From: Rhizodiscina lignyota
Taxonomy: Eukaryota
DNA: 64,000 nucleotides
Direction of reading: 5' to 3'
NCBI GenBank assembly: GCA_010015805.1
Contig: ML978124.1
Span: 1,178,001-1,242,000, forward strand
Shown here: piece by piece, positions 14,079 through 27,819 of the stretch
How the letters are laid out: every line of letters begins with the position of its first letter
Numbering within the stretch: position 1 is the stretch's first letter
Notes under the pieces: generated by a model
The model's database searches: none
Seen by the model: the letters and a program-made list of their open reading frames with translations, nothing else
What the model was told of the DNA's origin: nothing
Made by a program: the position numbers and the translations under genes

Positions 14079-14842
14079 GCATCGAGAGGGAGTGTGTGTG
14101 TATTGTAATCGCTCTGCGTTCAAAACAAAAGAACGATCTTGCTTTCTTGGGATAATTCGTACCCCAATCTCTGATGAGATTGGCAGTGAACATCTTGGCC
14201 TACTCCGGTCTGATTATATGTTCGATCAACTGCAAGGCTGTAAAGAGGCTCAGTCTGCAGGACCAAATGGCTTTTCCTTTGACCATTTGCAGGCTAGCGC
14301 GAGGGGTGCAGATGCAGAATATGCTCCTCTCCTTGCCTTCGCCAACTTCGGTAAAGACGTGCCTGCATCCTGATCGGCTTCGATTCCAATTGGACGGGTC
14401 TCATCACTGAATATTCGCGCATTGTGTTTGATCATATCATTTACATCATTAGCTACATTAGCTACATTATCCTGCGGCCCCACGTGCAGCGCCGGTCAGT
14501 GATACCATATGTATCATCCTCGCCAACAGTTCTGAGTTTGGCTGATACAACTTGTATCGTATGTTGCCCATTACAGTGAGGACAGTATTACCCAAATGTG
14601 CAAAAGGCCGACCGTGAAAGTATCGTTACAACCGAAATCCGGCTCACACTCTGAGCCGTGAAGGTAAAAAATATACCGAAACTCCACAGCGGGAGGGTTG
14701 GGAAAAAGCAAAACGGCCGCCCCAAAACTTTTGCTACCGCATTTTAAGACTTGAGAACAAAGAGAATTTGCAATGAAATGTGAAATGGAACTGGCGAAAG
14801 CACAAAGGCCGCGCCGCCCCATCATCAATCGAGTGTCCCATA

Positions 14843-16027
14843 TCATGGCGTCTCCGGTGGTGTACTGCTGTATTCATCGTCGCTCTCCTTCGCGATTCTG
14901 ACTCGTTCTTCCAAATGAAGGTACTTCTCGCGCCAATGCTCTGCCACGCGCTCAAGACCCTCCTTCTCACTTGTTAAGGTCTGCTGGTCCTGCATCGCAT
15001 TGTTGTACTTCCGCTTCAAGGTGCCATTACTCTTCTCAAGCGTCCTAATTAGTTCCTCCTGATTGCCGAGAAGCGCTTTGATCTCCGTCACCTCATGCTT
15101 CTCTTCGACAGCAGCCTCCCGCTGCTGTGAGTTCTTCAGCGTGGTAATCTCTTGGTTCCGTTCGTCGAGCAGGTCGTCTACTTCGCGCAGTTCTTTCTTC
15201 AGAGACGTGATCTCGTAAGCCTGGTCGTCTACCAGGTCTGCGATTTTCTGATAAGTTTCCAGCTTTTTGTACTTGAGACCAGAACTGCACTGATTGTTGC
15301 TGTGGAGTTCCGTCATGTTCGTCTGGCCTCGTCGTACCAGCTGGGCCTCGAGCCGCTGGGCGGAGTGCCTCTGGTCCTGACGGGCGACGCGCTCCTTTAG
15401 TTTCTTCACAACTTTCAACTCGCTCTCTTGCTTGGACTTTTTGCCACTGCTGTGTGTGTCGATGTTCTCGGGATTGCTTGATCTCTTCTTCATGGCCCTG
15501 TTCGCAAATGCAATTGTCCTACTGGATTCTGCAAGTGGGTTGTCGCCGTCATGATATTCCTCAGATGCTGAATCGCGGCCCACTTCCGAGGTATCCAAGC
15601 CATATGTCATTGAAAAATTTCTGTGGCTCAAATCACGTGAAGACTCGCCGGACACGCTGGATTTCGCGGATCGAGGTGGAGTACATGTGAAACTGTCGGC
15701 GGCATTATGGTATGAGAACGGCCTGGTGAGGTTGTGGCAGTCTTGGAGATTGTATGTGGCTGTGAGGCTTTCCCTCTGTCGAATAGGAAGTCGTGCAGCC
15801 TGTGGGACTGCACATGGAAAGTTATTGGTCGGGGGAGAAGGAGAGGGTTCATCAAGAGGGTGAGCTGATGGCGGAAGCGATGCATGCTCGCTGCTGGCAA
15901 AGCCGGGGAGCTTGAGCTCGTACAGCGAGGGAAGCGCGCTGATGGATGTCAATGGACGGGAGGCTGCATCTCTCGACTGGATGTGTGCGAACCGTTGTCC
16001 TGCCTCGCGACCCATGTTCCGTACCAT
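14843..16027 (-). CDS. Hypothetical protein with disordered N-terminus, divergent bHLH-like segment and long coiled coil (about 394 aa)
   Basis: Single long ORF with first ATG at 16027. KKLKERVARQDQRHSAQRLEAQL...LKYKKLETYQKIADLV is followed by a heptad-rich stretch. Confidence 0.65.
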   Translation of the reverse strand: MVRNMGREAGQRFAHIQSRDAASRPLTSISALPSLYELKLPGFASSEHASLPPSAHPLDEPSPSPPTNNFPCAVPQAARLPIRQRESLTATYNLQDCHNLTRPFSYHNAADSFTCTPPRSAKSSVSGESSRDLSHRNFSMTYGLDTSEVGRDSASEEYHDGDNPLAESSRTIAFANRAMKKRSSNPENIDTHSSGKKSKQESELKVVKKLKERVARQDQRHSAQRLEAQLVRRGQTNMTELHSNNQCSSGLKYKKLETYQKIADLVDDQAYEITSLKKELREVDDLLDERNQEITTLKNSQQREAAVEEKHEVTEIKALLGNQEELIRTLEKSNGTLKRKYNNAMQDQQTLTSEKEGLERVAEHWREKYLHLEERVRIAKESDDEYSSTPPETP

Positions 16028-18170
16028 GGCCAGCACGTGAATGGGATTAGAGAAGAATAGTACAAGATTGTGTAGTCGAGCAAAAAAGCCAACAAAAGCA
16101 CAAAAGCCGCCGAACGTAGGGCAAGGGTCAATACAAGGAGGAAGCAAAGCGGAAGCAGAACGAATGATACTTAAATGGAGCGAGTTGAAGTGGATGCCAC
16201 CACGTTCATTAACTCATAAATGCATCATTGAGGTAATGAGCAAGATTTGCAAAACGGTGACAAGCATCTCATAGCGGTAGGGACGTAGCACCAACCGCTA
16301 CACCAGGCACTGGTCACAAAAGATGGAAAGTGGAGGCTGCCTGCAACTCGAGCTCGGTTCAGGCACAAGTTGGTTCGAGAACTCAGTCGTCGCCAGGAGC
16401 AGATCGCTGTACTTGCTCTACCTTTCCTTGTCTTTGACAGGGAAACTTGGACAGTGCTGTGAATGAGGCCAGCTGGCTAATTGGAAGCGTACCGTATCCA
16501 GACTTTGATGTGTAACCGAAGAAGTTAAGACGCAACCACCGCTATCGGACCGGCAGGACTAGAGTCGCATTAATCTGGCGGGGAATGCTTCCCCAGGACG
16601 CTAACATGTCTAATATGCTCTGCGCGACTCCCTTGCATGGGCTCCAGCGTACCACTTCGACTAGACGCGCGGACAGACGGGAAGACGCATGATGAAAGTA
16701 GATCCAAAGAAATGTGACATATCATGAGAGGACGATATAAAGTTTGGTAGAAAAAGCGGGTGTTCGCTGGGATAAGGCATAAACCGCTGCCTCCCCAGAT
16801 GCAAGGCGAGAGCGCTCTGGTTATTGGCTGGCTATGCAGCCCAAGGGCGGTGAAAACGAGCGAGCTCACAGCATCAGCGAAACGGTCCTGCATGGAAGAC
16901 GACTGCAGAAGCACGATAACAACGGTCGACGATCTCAACCCGTGAACGTGCGTTTTGTGAACTGTGGAGACGAAGGAGGATATTCAGCAGGAATGTGCAA
17001 CCGAAGGGCGAGTGAGACAGGCGAATCTGCCTCTAGCCAACGAGCGACTTTAGAAGCATAAGGTTGGAAGAAGGACTGGTCATGCGCAAGGAGATACAGA
17101 ACGAGTGGCAGATGATGTCGTTTGTTAGCAAGTGACATGAATTCTGGAAGCAAGAAGACCGAATGAGATAGATATCACTAAGAGGAAAGTGAGACAGCGA
17201 TTGACCCAAAATCGAAGGGTGGGGAAGCTTGTACTACCATGAGGACGCAAGTGTAGCGACCTGCAATCTCAATTCGGCAGAGGGCTTTGACGGAATATTT
17301 CTTGCTTCTGCAGAAGAGCCTGGTCGACGGTCGGTGCATATGCCGTGCAGACGCATGACGTGCATTTCGCCGTGGCGCTTTGGAGTTGTGTCCATCAGTC
17401 TAAGAAGTAATTGGAAGAGTCGATCACGAAGGCGCCATCATATGTAGCCCTAACGTGCATCTGCTAGACGTTATTGCTCAAGGAGACCCACAACTGCCGA
17501 ATGACAATGCTGAATGCAGGAGTTGAGGTGCGAGCAACCTCATTCGCGCCAAGGCGGCGGCTGCGGGAAGATCACCAGGGCTTGGAGGCAGTTCAGATCC
17601 TGGAACGTCACAACTTGGCTCGAGTAGCAGCGTAGGAGTTAGCTCCGACCGATGGTCAAGCCCATTGAGCACTTTTTAGAGAGAATGCTTGTCAATTTGG
17701 TATCTTCGTTCGTCACCAGTCGCTTGCTTCAACTAGTCAAAATCCCATCGTATTAAAGAGCATCTGCCATTTCCAACTGAGGCTGCCCTATAAGACAGCC
17801 TCAGCTCATCTCGCCAGCTTAGACACCTCCTACGTACACGCCTCGTTGCGATGCCATCCCCACGGGGGACCAGCATCGAGATTACAAGTTTGGTCGTGTC
17901 GGTAAAACAGGGGGGCGAATTGAAGTCAAAGGAAATCCTGTAGACTTTTTCCTGCCCGCCCGTGAATGTAGTCGTTGAGTGACTAGATGAAAGAGAGAGA
18001 CGTGTTTGGAGAATTAAGTCTATGCCAATCCGCATAACAACACAACAAAACTGGTTGGGAATCATTCGCAATTTTGAAAGCTCAAGCAAGCAACCATGCC
18101 CACAACCTCCAGTGGGTTATCGTACCGCAACCTCCTCATGCTCTTCGTGCTCCTCATGACTTGAACTTCT

Positions 18171-19506
18171 TTAGAGCATGCCCACCATAGCAGCGAGAAC
18201 ACCAAGAACGCCAGTCAACGCGGTAGCCGGAATCTCGATGTGGCCTGCTGCGCCGGTCTTGCCAGATGATCCTCCGGAGGACGAGGTGCCGGAAGGAGTC
18301 GTGTTGGCATCACCAGGGCGCGTCTGGCTACCAGCGCACTGGTAGTCACCCTTGATGACATCGTTCGGGCCTTGCTCGTTGGAGAAGGTGCTGCAGTCAG
18401 ACGAGATGTCCTTGGAGGATTGGATGTTGAAGGCACCACGGACATCGCTAATGGCGGGAAGAGAGACTCTGTGACGAGAGATCTTAGTATCTAGAGTGGT
18501 AATCCCGAGTTCAGAAAATGAGAAAGTCATTACTTACTTGGAGAAGTTGCCATAGGCATCAAAAGCACCGAAGATGGTCGTCAACTTCGGGAAGGAGATC
18601 GAGCCGAGAGCAGTATTGTTCTCAACGTTGACAGCACCCTTGACAGTCTGGAGCTGAGGGAATGAGAAGCTCTTGAGGGCAGAGTTGGTGTTGATGGACA
18701 GGGACTGGTCAAGACGAGTGAGGTTGGGGCAGCTGATGTTCTGGAGACCATCGTTCTCGATGAAGCTCAAAGAACCATTGACACTGGCAAGGGAGGGAAT
18801 GCTGATAGCCGGAACATTGCGGAACGTGATGTTCTGCGCAGACTTGAGGTTGGGGAAGTCAACGCTGAGGCGGTTACCGTTGGACTCGAAAGTGATAGCG
18901 CCGGTGACGTTCTGGAGCTGCAGAGTCACGTCCTGAAGCATACGGTTGTTGGCGAGGATGAAGGTGTTGCAACGCTTAAGGTTGATGCCCTGGAGCGACG
19001 ACAAGAACGTGTTCTGGATGTTGAGCGAGTCGGTGTCCTGGATCTCGGTATCCATCATCAGGGTTGCCAAGTTGGGCAGGCCCTGCCAATCGATCGAGCC
19101 GACTTGAGAGAGCTGCGGGAAGGAGAGTGTCTGGAGGGTCTGAACGTTGTTGAGAGTGAAGTCATCACCGATCTTCTGGAGGCTGTCGGCACCAATCTGA
19201 GTGATGTTTGGCGCGCCGGTGCAGTCCAGGCCACCCGTAATCTCCTCCACTCCATTGATCGCGATATTGTCGCTGGTGCTGGTAGCGATGGCGATGCTAC
19301 CCGAGAAGGTGGAGCAGGTGGTGAGAGCAGCGGCATCACCAGCGTTCTGAAGAGTGGTCGTGGCAGAAACGCTGCAAGAAGCTGTGACACGAGAGTCGTC
19401 AGCCAAGAACGCGTGCAAACTCGCGTCAATGATGAGCAAAATATGACTTACCGGAAACTGAGCCCACTGCCACAAGGGCAGGGAAAACGTACTTCAGCAT
19501 GACCAT
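18171..19506 (-). CDS. ECM33: GPI-anchored cell-wall protein of the Ecm33/Sps2 family (3 exons)
   Basis: Signal peptide MVMLKYVFPALVAVGSVS, receptor-L-like repeats (xFPxLxxVxG), Ser/Gly linker and hydrophobic GPI tail. Introns at about 19451-19382 and 18537-18468. Confidence 0.92.
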
Positions 19507-21243
19507 TGTTGTCGCTGTTGCTGAGTTGTGTGTGTGTGGAGAAAAGAGTCCTGTGTTTAAAGGAGCGTCGTCAGCAAAAGCCGCGAACCGCGGGAAAAAC
19601 ACCAAGCGTTACAGAGCAATTGCGAGGCGCGCAGGGGAGCTTACCGTGAAGAATTAATACGAGTAGTTGCTTCGCGGGCCTCACACGCAACAAGCTCGAG
19701 TGTGGTTAAGTTGAGTTGGCGAATTCAAAGATGTTGGGTGGTGAAGCGAGTGTCGAGAAAGGTAGAAGAATGCTAGCGAGTGCACGAAGGACAGCCTCTG
19801 GCGCCAAGGGCAACGGCTCGCCGAGCTTTTAGTGGCAGGTGTGGCTGTGGGTGAGGAACGAAGGTGCACGCCTGCTGGCAAGAAGTGTTTGAGAAAGACG
19901 GGAGTGGAAGGGAGAAAGGGATTCTTAGGAGTGGCAGGAGGGCAGGTTGGGCGATACGTGAAAGGAGCTTCGCACGGCCATCCCTGCACGCCGCTGGCAC
20001 GGACCCACTGAACGCACGCACTCAAGCCCAGAGCCAGCCGAGTGCGCTGCTCATTGGCAGCGGAATTGCTCGTGGCAGACTCTGCTCCACGGTGCCAGCG
20101 GTTCTCTTCAATTCAGTCTCACGATTGCCTCATTCTACGCTCCCTCAGACGCGACAGGAGTGGTGTATCATCACGCACCGCGCTGAAACGCGTCGACCTC
20201 CGAGTCTGCCAGCGTCTGGCACACGAGATTTGGATGAACGTGCAAATGATACTGATATTACCGTAGCCACTCCTTCGGCGTCGACAGCGTTGAAACCCAC
20301 GCTAACTTCCGGGAGGCTTGAGCAGCCACGCACGCCATGGCCATCGGCCGGCCTTTCGAATCCCAGCATCCCCCGATCAGCCTCCTCAGTCATTTAAGCA
20401 ATCGGTCTTGCCGCAAGCAAGCCAGGTCGAGCACGAGATAACAGCTCTCCCGAGACCTGCTTGATGGGGATGCGACATTGCTGACCCACAAACCTGCTCG
20501 CCAATCCGTCTGCCAGCTCGCGACGGCTCCTCTTCGAGACAAGACAAGCAGATCCATGCAGCATTCAATAGAGCCGATCGGCATCGAAGGGCGGCAGGGG
20601 TGCTCGACCTCTCTTTAGTGTCCCTTTTGTGCCTTGGAACCTTTTTTTCGACGCATCAAAGCTCAGCCGCCCGTCGCAGTCTTCTCCTGCTGCAATTTAC
20701 CGAGGCCGCGCGCCTCTCTTCATTTCCCGCAGTCATGAGCAAGAGCATGGAGTGTAGATAACATTTCATGAAGATATTGACGTCTAAGTGTCCAGTAGGA
20801 AAATAGAGATATCCGGACGCGAGTTTAGCCACTGGCATGCAATGAAGATTACGCGGCCCAGCCTGCATATCCACCGCGCTAGCCCAGCTAACATCGACTC
20901 TTCCGGCCTTTTTTAACATCGCGAGAGACTCACTCCATCCAGGTTAGGTAAAGAGAAATCCTGCTTGCCACTTCCAAGCTTCAAAGTTGAATTAGTCCCG
21001 GAAAAGAATTGCAAGACATCAGACCTTCTACTCATTACGTCCAAGGTTTCGTTCGTCTGCCATGCTTCTGCTGCAGAGCTTCTAGAAACCGCCGCGATTC
21101 CCCGCATCTTCCGTTTTGGTACTTTGGTCAGCGATGCAGGATGCTCTGCAGGGTGCTTTGCCAATGCAGATCAGCTGCAGGAAAGACGGCAGAAACGTGA
21201 CCGCCAATCTGGAGCGCAAAAGAAAACACAGCGAGTGTTTCGT

Positions 21244-22636
21244 CTAATCGCCCTGAATGGCATCGATATCTACATCCTCAATTCTCCACATATACCTAGA
21301 TTGCGTGAGCAAATTAGCACAGCTCTGGGATTCATCTTTACACAGGGTCACTTACCACATGAATAGAGTTCTGTACTCAAGTTAGCTAAACTTAGCGAGC
21401 GATTACTCTATATAAAGAGACGTACCTGTAAGGCGTAAATTTTTCGGATATCTCTAACATCTCCTTCTCACCCATGTACTTCCATTTCCCTCCCTTAGCT
21501 TTCAGTTTTCCGACGTCTCGACCCATATAAGCCGCCATGCCCCTCTGTACACCCAGATCACCGGTCGAGAAGACGTCCATCCTAAGCACAACTAGTCAGT
21601 ACGGAAAGCAAGACAGATGACAGGGATTCGAATCGAAAACGAACCTCTTGAGCGCGAAGCACATAAACATCTCCACACTCCATCGGCCCAGTCCTCGCAC
21701 AGCCACCAATTTCTCCATCACTTCCTCGTCGGACGCTCTCGCAAGCATCTCAGCTGAGAGTTCACCAGCCGCAAACTTCTCCGCGAGACCTTGCACATAC
21801 TCTGCCTTTCGCTGTGATAATCCCGCGGTGCGAAGGAAGGAAACATCACTAGCTGCGACTTCATGCGGGCTGGGAAAAACATTGGGATGCGTAGCATTGG
21901 TGCAAGAAGGATAGAGCGCTATGAATTTGTTCTTGATGGACTTTGCTGCCGCTCCGGAAACCTGTTGTGCCATGATCCCACTGACCAAGCTCCTGAACGG
22001 ATCAATCTCCTCTTGCAGTCCTTCTGGACTGAACAGCTTGCAGTGATGCTTCTCGATCACCGTAGTGAGCTTCGGATCAATCTTTATAAGATGTGCACAT
22101 GCTTCCTTCAGCAGTGTCTCTGTCGTGGTTGTCGGGAGCATCAGTGACGCCTTGTTTGCCGCTGCATCTATAACCCCATTCGGTGGGTATGCAACGATAC
22201 GTGATCCTTCTGGTGTATGTAATGGCGCATTTGTCGCGTGTGGCTCGGCTGGCCGTGGCTCTGTCTGGGAGGGCGTGAGAGGCTGCATCGGAGAGCTCGA
22301 TGAAATGATCTTCACGGCCGAAGGTGTCGGCGTCAATGGCGGTGGTTTGGTGGGAGTTACGGTCTCGGCCGCAGTCTTGCGGCGCTTGTTGTTCTTTGGT
22401 GTAGCTGGTGGAACCGGTGGTGGAGGCATGTCTGTGGCAGCAGCTTTCTTGCCCTTTGCGCCTTTCGCTGTACCAGCTGCGCTCGATTCGGACGAGCCAT
22501 TGGGGGCATTCTTTGCTGAATTAGCCTTGCGCTTCTTGGTAGGCGCCTTACCAGCAGTCTCGTCTGCTGGGAAAACATATTGAGGGGGGCTCGACGTTTG
22601 AGCGCTCAATCGCGAGGATCGTCTCGAGGCTGACAT
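21244..22636 (-). CDS. MAG1: DNA-3-methyladenine glycosylase (HhH-GPD family), 4 exons including a 15-nt micro-exon (21370-21356)
   Basis: IMAQQVSGAAA, GLSQRKAEY, HhH motif VRGLGRWSVEMF, DVFSTGDLGVQRG, PYRTLFMWYMW. Stop at 21244-21246. Confidence 0.92.
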
Positions 22637-23208
22637 TGTATACGCTGAATGCTTTGGAATTTTTGCGGGAAATAATGCAATCTGACGCTTGAAAATGTAT
22701 ATACTGGACTTTCTTGACAAGTTGAGCAAAACTCTACAAGCAAGAGAGCTGCTCATGAACGATGTGGGGAAAAGACGCGTGAACGGACGTTGTCGTGGAG
22801 ATGCGTCGCGATGACGAACGAGCGTGCGGAGTTTCGACTCGTGTTCAGGTGACTCACGCCAAGCTCAATTAACCCCTTTTTGGACGATTTCAGGAATCTC
22901 GCCCATGTCAAAAGCGCCGATGAGACCACTTGCATCGAAGAGCCAGTCAGATTTGTAACTCTCAGACACGCCCAGTGTTTGCGGGATTATTAAACAAAGA
23001 CTGTAGCAGAGCCAACAGTTTGCAACAATAGCTTGGGACCAACTGGAAACACTCTTTCTAGCGTAAGCTGCTCTTGGGTCTCAAAGTTTTTGAAATATTC
23101 ATCTCGAACTTCCAAGTCCTTTTATTCGAATGGAAGTATTTCATTGAGAGGATCGTGTAACTAATGGATATCTCCAAATCCGCAGAACGTCCATAACACG
23201 CCCCGTGT

Positions 23209-24477
23209 TTATGGAATCTCGTTAATTTCTTTGACATTGATTTCCTTTCTTCCATTGATCGTTCTTCGCAGCTTACTGCTCGCCGGATAGACTGTGTGGC
23301 TATTAGCAACCAACCGTTCGTTATTGGGGCAATCGATAGACTTACCGACTCTTCTCAGCCTGTTCGAGCTTCCCAGCGGCTGCAGACTCTTGAGTCCATG
23401 CCACTGGTCCACCCTCATGTGATCTTGCCAGAAAGTCACTCTTTCGTAGTTGAAGCTGTCCTGCTTCGGAATGACCAGCTTCGCCACTGTTTGATGTGGA
23501 TACCTCTCTGGATCCCACACTTTGCCAGCGTACTCGACAGGCTGGTCTTCCAGGTTCTCACAGAGCTGCACTTGGAAAAGATATTCCGCATCGTGATTCT
23601 CATGGAAGTTCTTCAGCCATCGCGAAAGGATGTCCGACCCATCTTCAGGCTTGATAGTCTCCTCATACAACTTTCTCTGGGTCTCAGAAGATGGTTCGAG
23701 GCGGTATTTGATGACGTAGTCGCCGAAGCGAATTGCCGTCTGGCTGTACTGCCTGGTTGACTCCAGGTGAGTATTCCGCACCTTGTCTCTTCCTGTCTGG
23801 AGATCAAAGTCAGGTCGCTTCCTCAGATCTTCGTAGATGGTCTTTATCCCTTCTTCACTAGGATACATGTGCTTAAGTCGCAACTCAATAATCTCCCTGG
23901 CTGTCTTTGCGTCGGCAAGGTCGAGCACTGGAGTGCTGTTGAACTCAATGTCCTGTGTTGGGAAGTCTTTTCCGTCATCAAACATGTCACCGTGGATGCC
24001 AAATATTTTCATAGCGAAACCCCTTGGTTGCGGAATGCGATCCTATAACATGTGAGACGGGAAGGTAAAGGATAGGCTACTGAACTCACGTCCAATCCGG
24101 GGTCACTGGGCTCTGTGCTGTAGCGACATACGACATCATACTCGCCGCCATGGCTGAATAGTTCGGTCTGCTTGAGGTGCGCTGGCAAGTCGTCTGAGAC
24201 GATGAACTTGCCTTTGACGATGCCCTGAGTACGAGCATGTGTAGCTGTAAATATGTTGTCAGTTGATGAAAGTTCGACGTGAAAGTGGAATGGTACCTGC
24301 AAAGCAATGACGATGGGCATTATACATGAATTTTTGGACGCCGTTGAGCATATTAGCAGACGCCTGAATGTCCTCCTCTTCATCTGGGGGAATCTTCTCC
24401 ACGCCTTCAGCATCCCAGCGAATGTAATTCCTATTCGCTAATCCTGCAGCATTGACTGAACCGTTCTGAGCCGCCAT
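23209..24477 (-). CDS. Short heme-dependent catalase-related protein, multi-exon
   Basis: THARTQGIVKGKF (distal His), RYSTEP, spliced PQPRGFAMKIFG, and PLGSSNRLRR..Y (proximal Tyr region). Confidence 0.85.
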
Positions 24478-25100
24478 GATGGAATGAATTTGATTCAATC
24501 TTTCTACGACTGGAGACATACACACATATATAAACAACTTATATAAGACGGTAAATAAGACGGTAAACAACGGAATTCCGAACTACTTCTACCTCCGGCT
24601 GATCATAATGGCCTCGATTGGGTCCTGATTAGGATTCGGTAAGATCGAAATCCAGAACTCCGCGGACTTCTTTGATCAGAAATACAGAGTAAGGTAAGGC
24701 CCCGCAGCTAGTAGACAGATACTACAGATACGGTGGGAAAGGCTGTCATGACGTTCATCGGCAGGTCTAATTTAGCTACTGGTTGTTCAATAATTGAGGA
24801 AAGGAAAGCTGGACTGTGGAAGGATAGAGCAATTCCAAATAGACCTGAGCCAGGGCATCTCGTACAGATGTCCTGCTGCTTTCAATGCATCGAATGAGCA
24901 ATATATGAACATTATTCCAGAATGAGCGAAGCAAGGGTTGGTAGGTGAACGTTCACGCACGTTGCGGGATGAGTGACAGGGATTGCGCATCATTGCCAAA
25001 TATGCCACACCGAAGCGTAAACTTACGACTGCGGCTTTCACAAGCCAGAACCATGCATCGGATCTGGTAGAGTTCGTTCTATCCTCCATTTGTCTATGCA

Positions 25101-27142
25101 ATGTCTGCGCAATCTCAGTCCCCGGTAATTCCACGCTCTGGTAAGAAAGCACTGCGAAAGCGGCATGTAATTACAGCTGAAGCGGACACGTACTGTACCT
25201 CTGGACATTTGCTGATTTGATATTATCACTGTAGCCTCGAAGTCGAAAAAGAAGTCCAAGAGAAAGAAGGGCGGAGGAGCCAAGACCGAGGCCATAGACG
25301 AGTCGCCTGCCGTAAATGGCGCTGTAGATACGGGCGACGCCGGCATTGAAGAGGACGAGGAAGATATAGAGGAGGACGCGTCACCGACGGTACGTCGTGT
25401 CAATGCAGCAACAGGGCATCAGTTAATGCGAAATAGAAAGAGCAGTCCGCTTCTACATCTGCTCCAGAATCCCAACAGGATGAGATATCCTTCCCACAAT
25501 ACCATCCTGAGCCTCCACGGCCGAGTAGTAATGGCACAAATCATCTCCCAGACACGTCGGAGGAGAATCATGAAATACCTATACGGGAAAAGGCGGACTC
25601 TGCGTCAGGGCTCACGGAAGAAAGGCTCGAGGCTTTGGCAAGGGAGCGGGATGAGCTGAGAGCTGAAGTCACACAATTGAGGCAGTCGTTGGAGTCAATA
25701 ACAGGGAAGCACGAGGAAGAGGTTAATGGCCTCCAGGATCAGCTTGAAGAGACTCGGTCAGGCAAAGAGCACGCAGAGATACAATATCAGAACCTACTTG
25801 GCAAGGTCAACCAGATCAGGTCACAATTGGGCGAACGGCTCAAGGCTGATGCGGTATGCGCCTGAGACACTGTCCCCCATCCCAGATTTCATTGAGCTGA
25901 TATTCTCTTAGGAAGAGTTATCGCAAGCACGGACGCAAATAGAGGACTTGGAAGACCAGAATCGCCAGCTCCAAAACGCTAGAGCGGAGAGCGAGGCTAA
26001 CGTAAAGCGTTTACAATCAGAGCAGGAACGACATACTCAAGAAATCGCCGAGCTTCGCGGGCGTACCAATCTGTCCCAGCAGAACTGGGTCAAGGAGCGA
26101 GACGAGCTGATCGGCCGCGAGGCTTTTGCCCGGGAAGAGTTCGAGACTGCTAAGCAAGCAATGCAGGATTGGGAGGTCCTTGCGATGGAAGAGCGTGCGC
26201 AGAGGGAGAATCTATCCGATAGGATCGCTGAATTAGAAGAGCAACTATTGGGACAAAAAGAGGCCTTCGAACGAGCAGCTTCTGAGAGGGATAGCCAATC
26301 TCAGACTGTGGACAGCTTGCAGAGGGCTCTGAGAGACATCCAAGATGGTCCGTATACTCATCATATAAACAGTCACCAAGTTATTAATATTTCCATAGCA
26401 CGAAAGAAAGAGCTACGCGAGCTGGTTGAAAATTCGCAGACTCAATTGGAAGAGCTCCGAAAGCAACTGCAGGCTGCAGAGGAATCGTCGAAAGCAGCTC
26501 AGACGGAACTAGAGAAAACACGCAAAGACCTCGAACACGCTCTGCCCTTCGAAGAACAAGTCCGAGAGAAGAATCTCCTGATCGGCAAACTGCGACACGA
26601 AGCCGTCATTCTCAACGACCACCTCACAAAAGCATTACGCTTCCTCAGACAGCGGAAGCCAGAGGACATGGTCGACCGGTATGCTCCACCTACATGACCC
26701 ACTTCATATTTACAACTATGCACTAACAACCCCCAGACAAATCGTAACCAACCACTTCATCCACTTCCTCGCCCTCGACCGTTCCGACCCCAAGAAATTC
26801 CAAGTGCTCCAGCTCATCGCCGCCCTGCTCTCCTGGACCGACGAGCAGAAAGAGCAAGCTGGTCTCGCGCGTCCGGGCTCCGTCGGCGCCATAACCGGCA
26901 GCCTACGCCTGCCACAGTCGCCGTTCAGACGCACGCCCAGCACTCCCAGCCTCGGCAGCGACCTGATGCTAGACCCACAGAGCGCGACGAGCAAGGAAAG
27001 TCTCGCGGAGCTATGGAGCGAGTTTTTGGAGCGCGAGGCGCAGGAGGGGAAGAGCGGGAGTAGAAAGAGCAGTGTGACGAGTCCGCCGTCTGTTGTGGGG
27101 GATAAAGAGAAAGGGCCTTCTGGGCTGGGGCTCCAACAATGA
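25101..27142 (+). CDS. RUD3: Golgin: coiled-coil protein with C-terminal GRAB domain (Rud3/GMAP-210-like), multi-exon
   Basis: Long coiled coil followed by DRQIVTNHFIHFLALDRSDPKKFQVLQLIAALLSWTDEQKEQAGL and SLAELWSEFL. ATG 25101 is inferred from the first intron 25141-25234. Confidence 0.82.
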
Positions 27143-27819
27143 TTCAGACCGTATGAGCAATTTCCGGAGACTTCTTATCATATTCATGATCTTATGACTT
27201 GTACAGATTACTCTGAATTTGGCCAAGCTCATATTTTGGGAGTTTTCATGTTAGGGGGCATCTGCGTGGGCGTGGCGCTGGGCTTGGAGAACACCTTCGA
27301 ATAAACGATTCTAATCGAATGATTGAAACATGCAGCATGCAGTACCATTGAAGCAGTTTCACCAATATTGCATGTTCAATATCTGGTCGTTAAGCTCGTG
27401 CAGGGTCAGTCTAAACTTGATGTGAAGGAACCTATGATTCGTTGCTACGATAACATTACAATGACTGCCCTGGTCGATGCCTATGATGATCCCATCGCTA
27501 GAAAACGGTTCCCATTCACAGCTGCAGTCCAGCTGTGTCTGCCTCCCATTTCACCCAATTCCCAAGTTTCGAGTTTGCACCTGCGCCTTGCAAGGCCAAG
27601 GTAGAGAGAGTCGATATAGAGTATGCCCACCTGTGTACATGAATGGACGGCGTGCATTTCGTCGTCGTAATCGTTGTAGCAAAAATAAAATCTCCGTCCA
27701 GAATAAGCATCGGCCGTGTTCGCCGTGGTCCCACGAAGTTGCGGGAATCTTAGATCGGACGGAGGAGCTTTTGTAGCATAAAGAGCGACGAGATAAATGA
27801 TGTAAGAAGCCCTGGAGCT

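Noticed and set aside
16150..18170. 2-kb gap with many short ORFs (also 6717-8117 and 19507-21243)
   Set aside because: No coherent exon structure, repeat or RNA motif that I can support. Probably promoter or UTR sequence.
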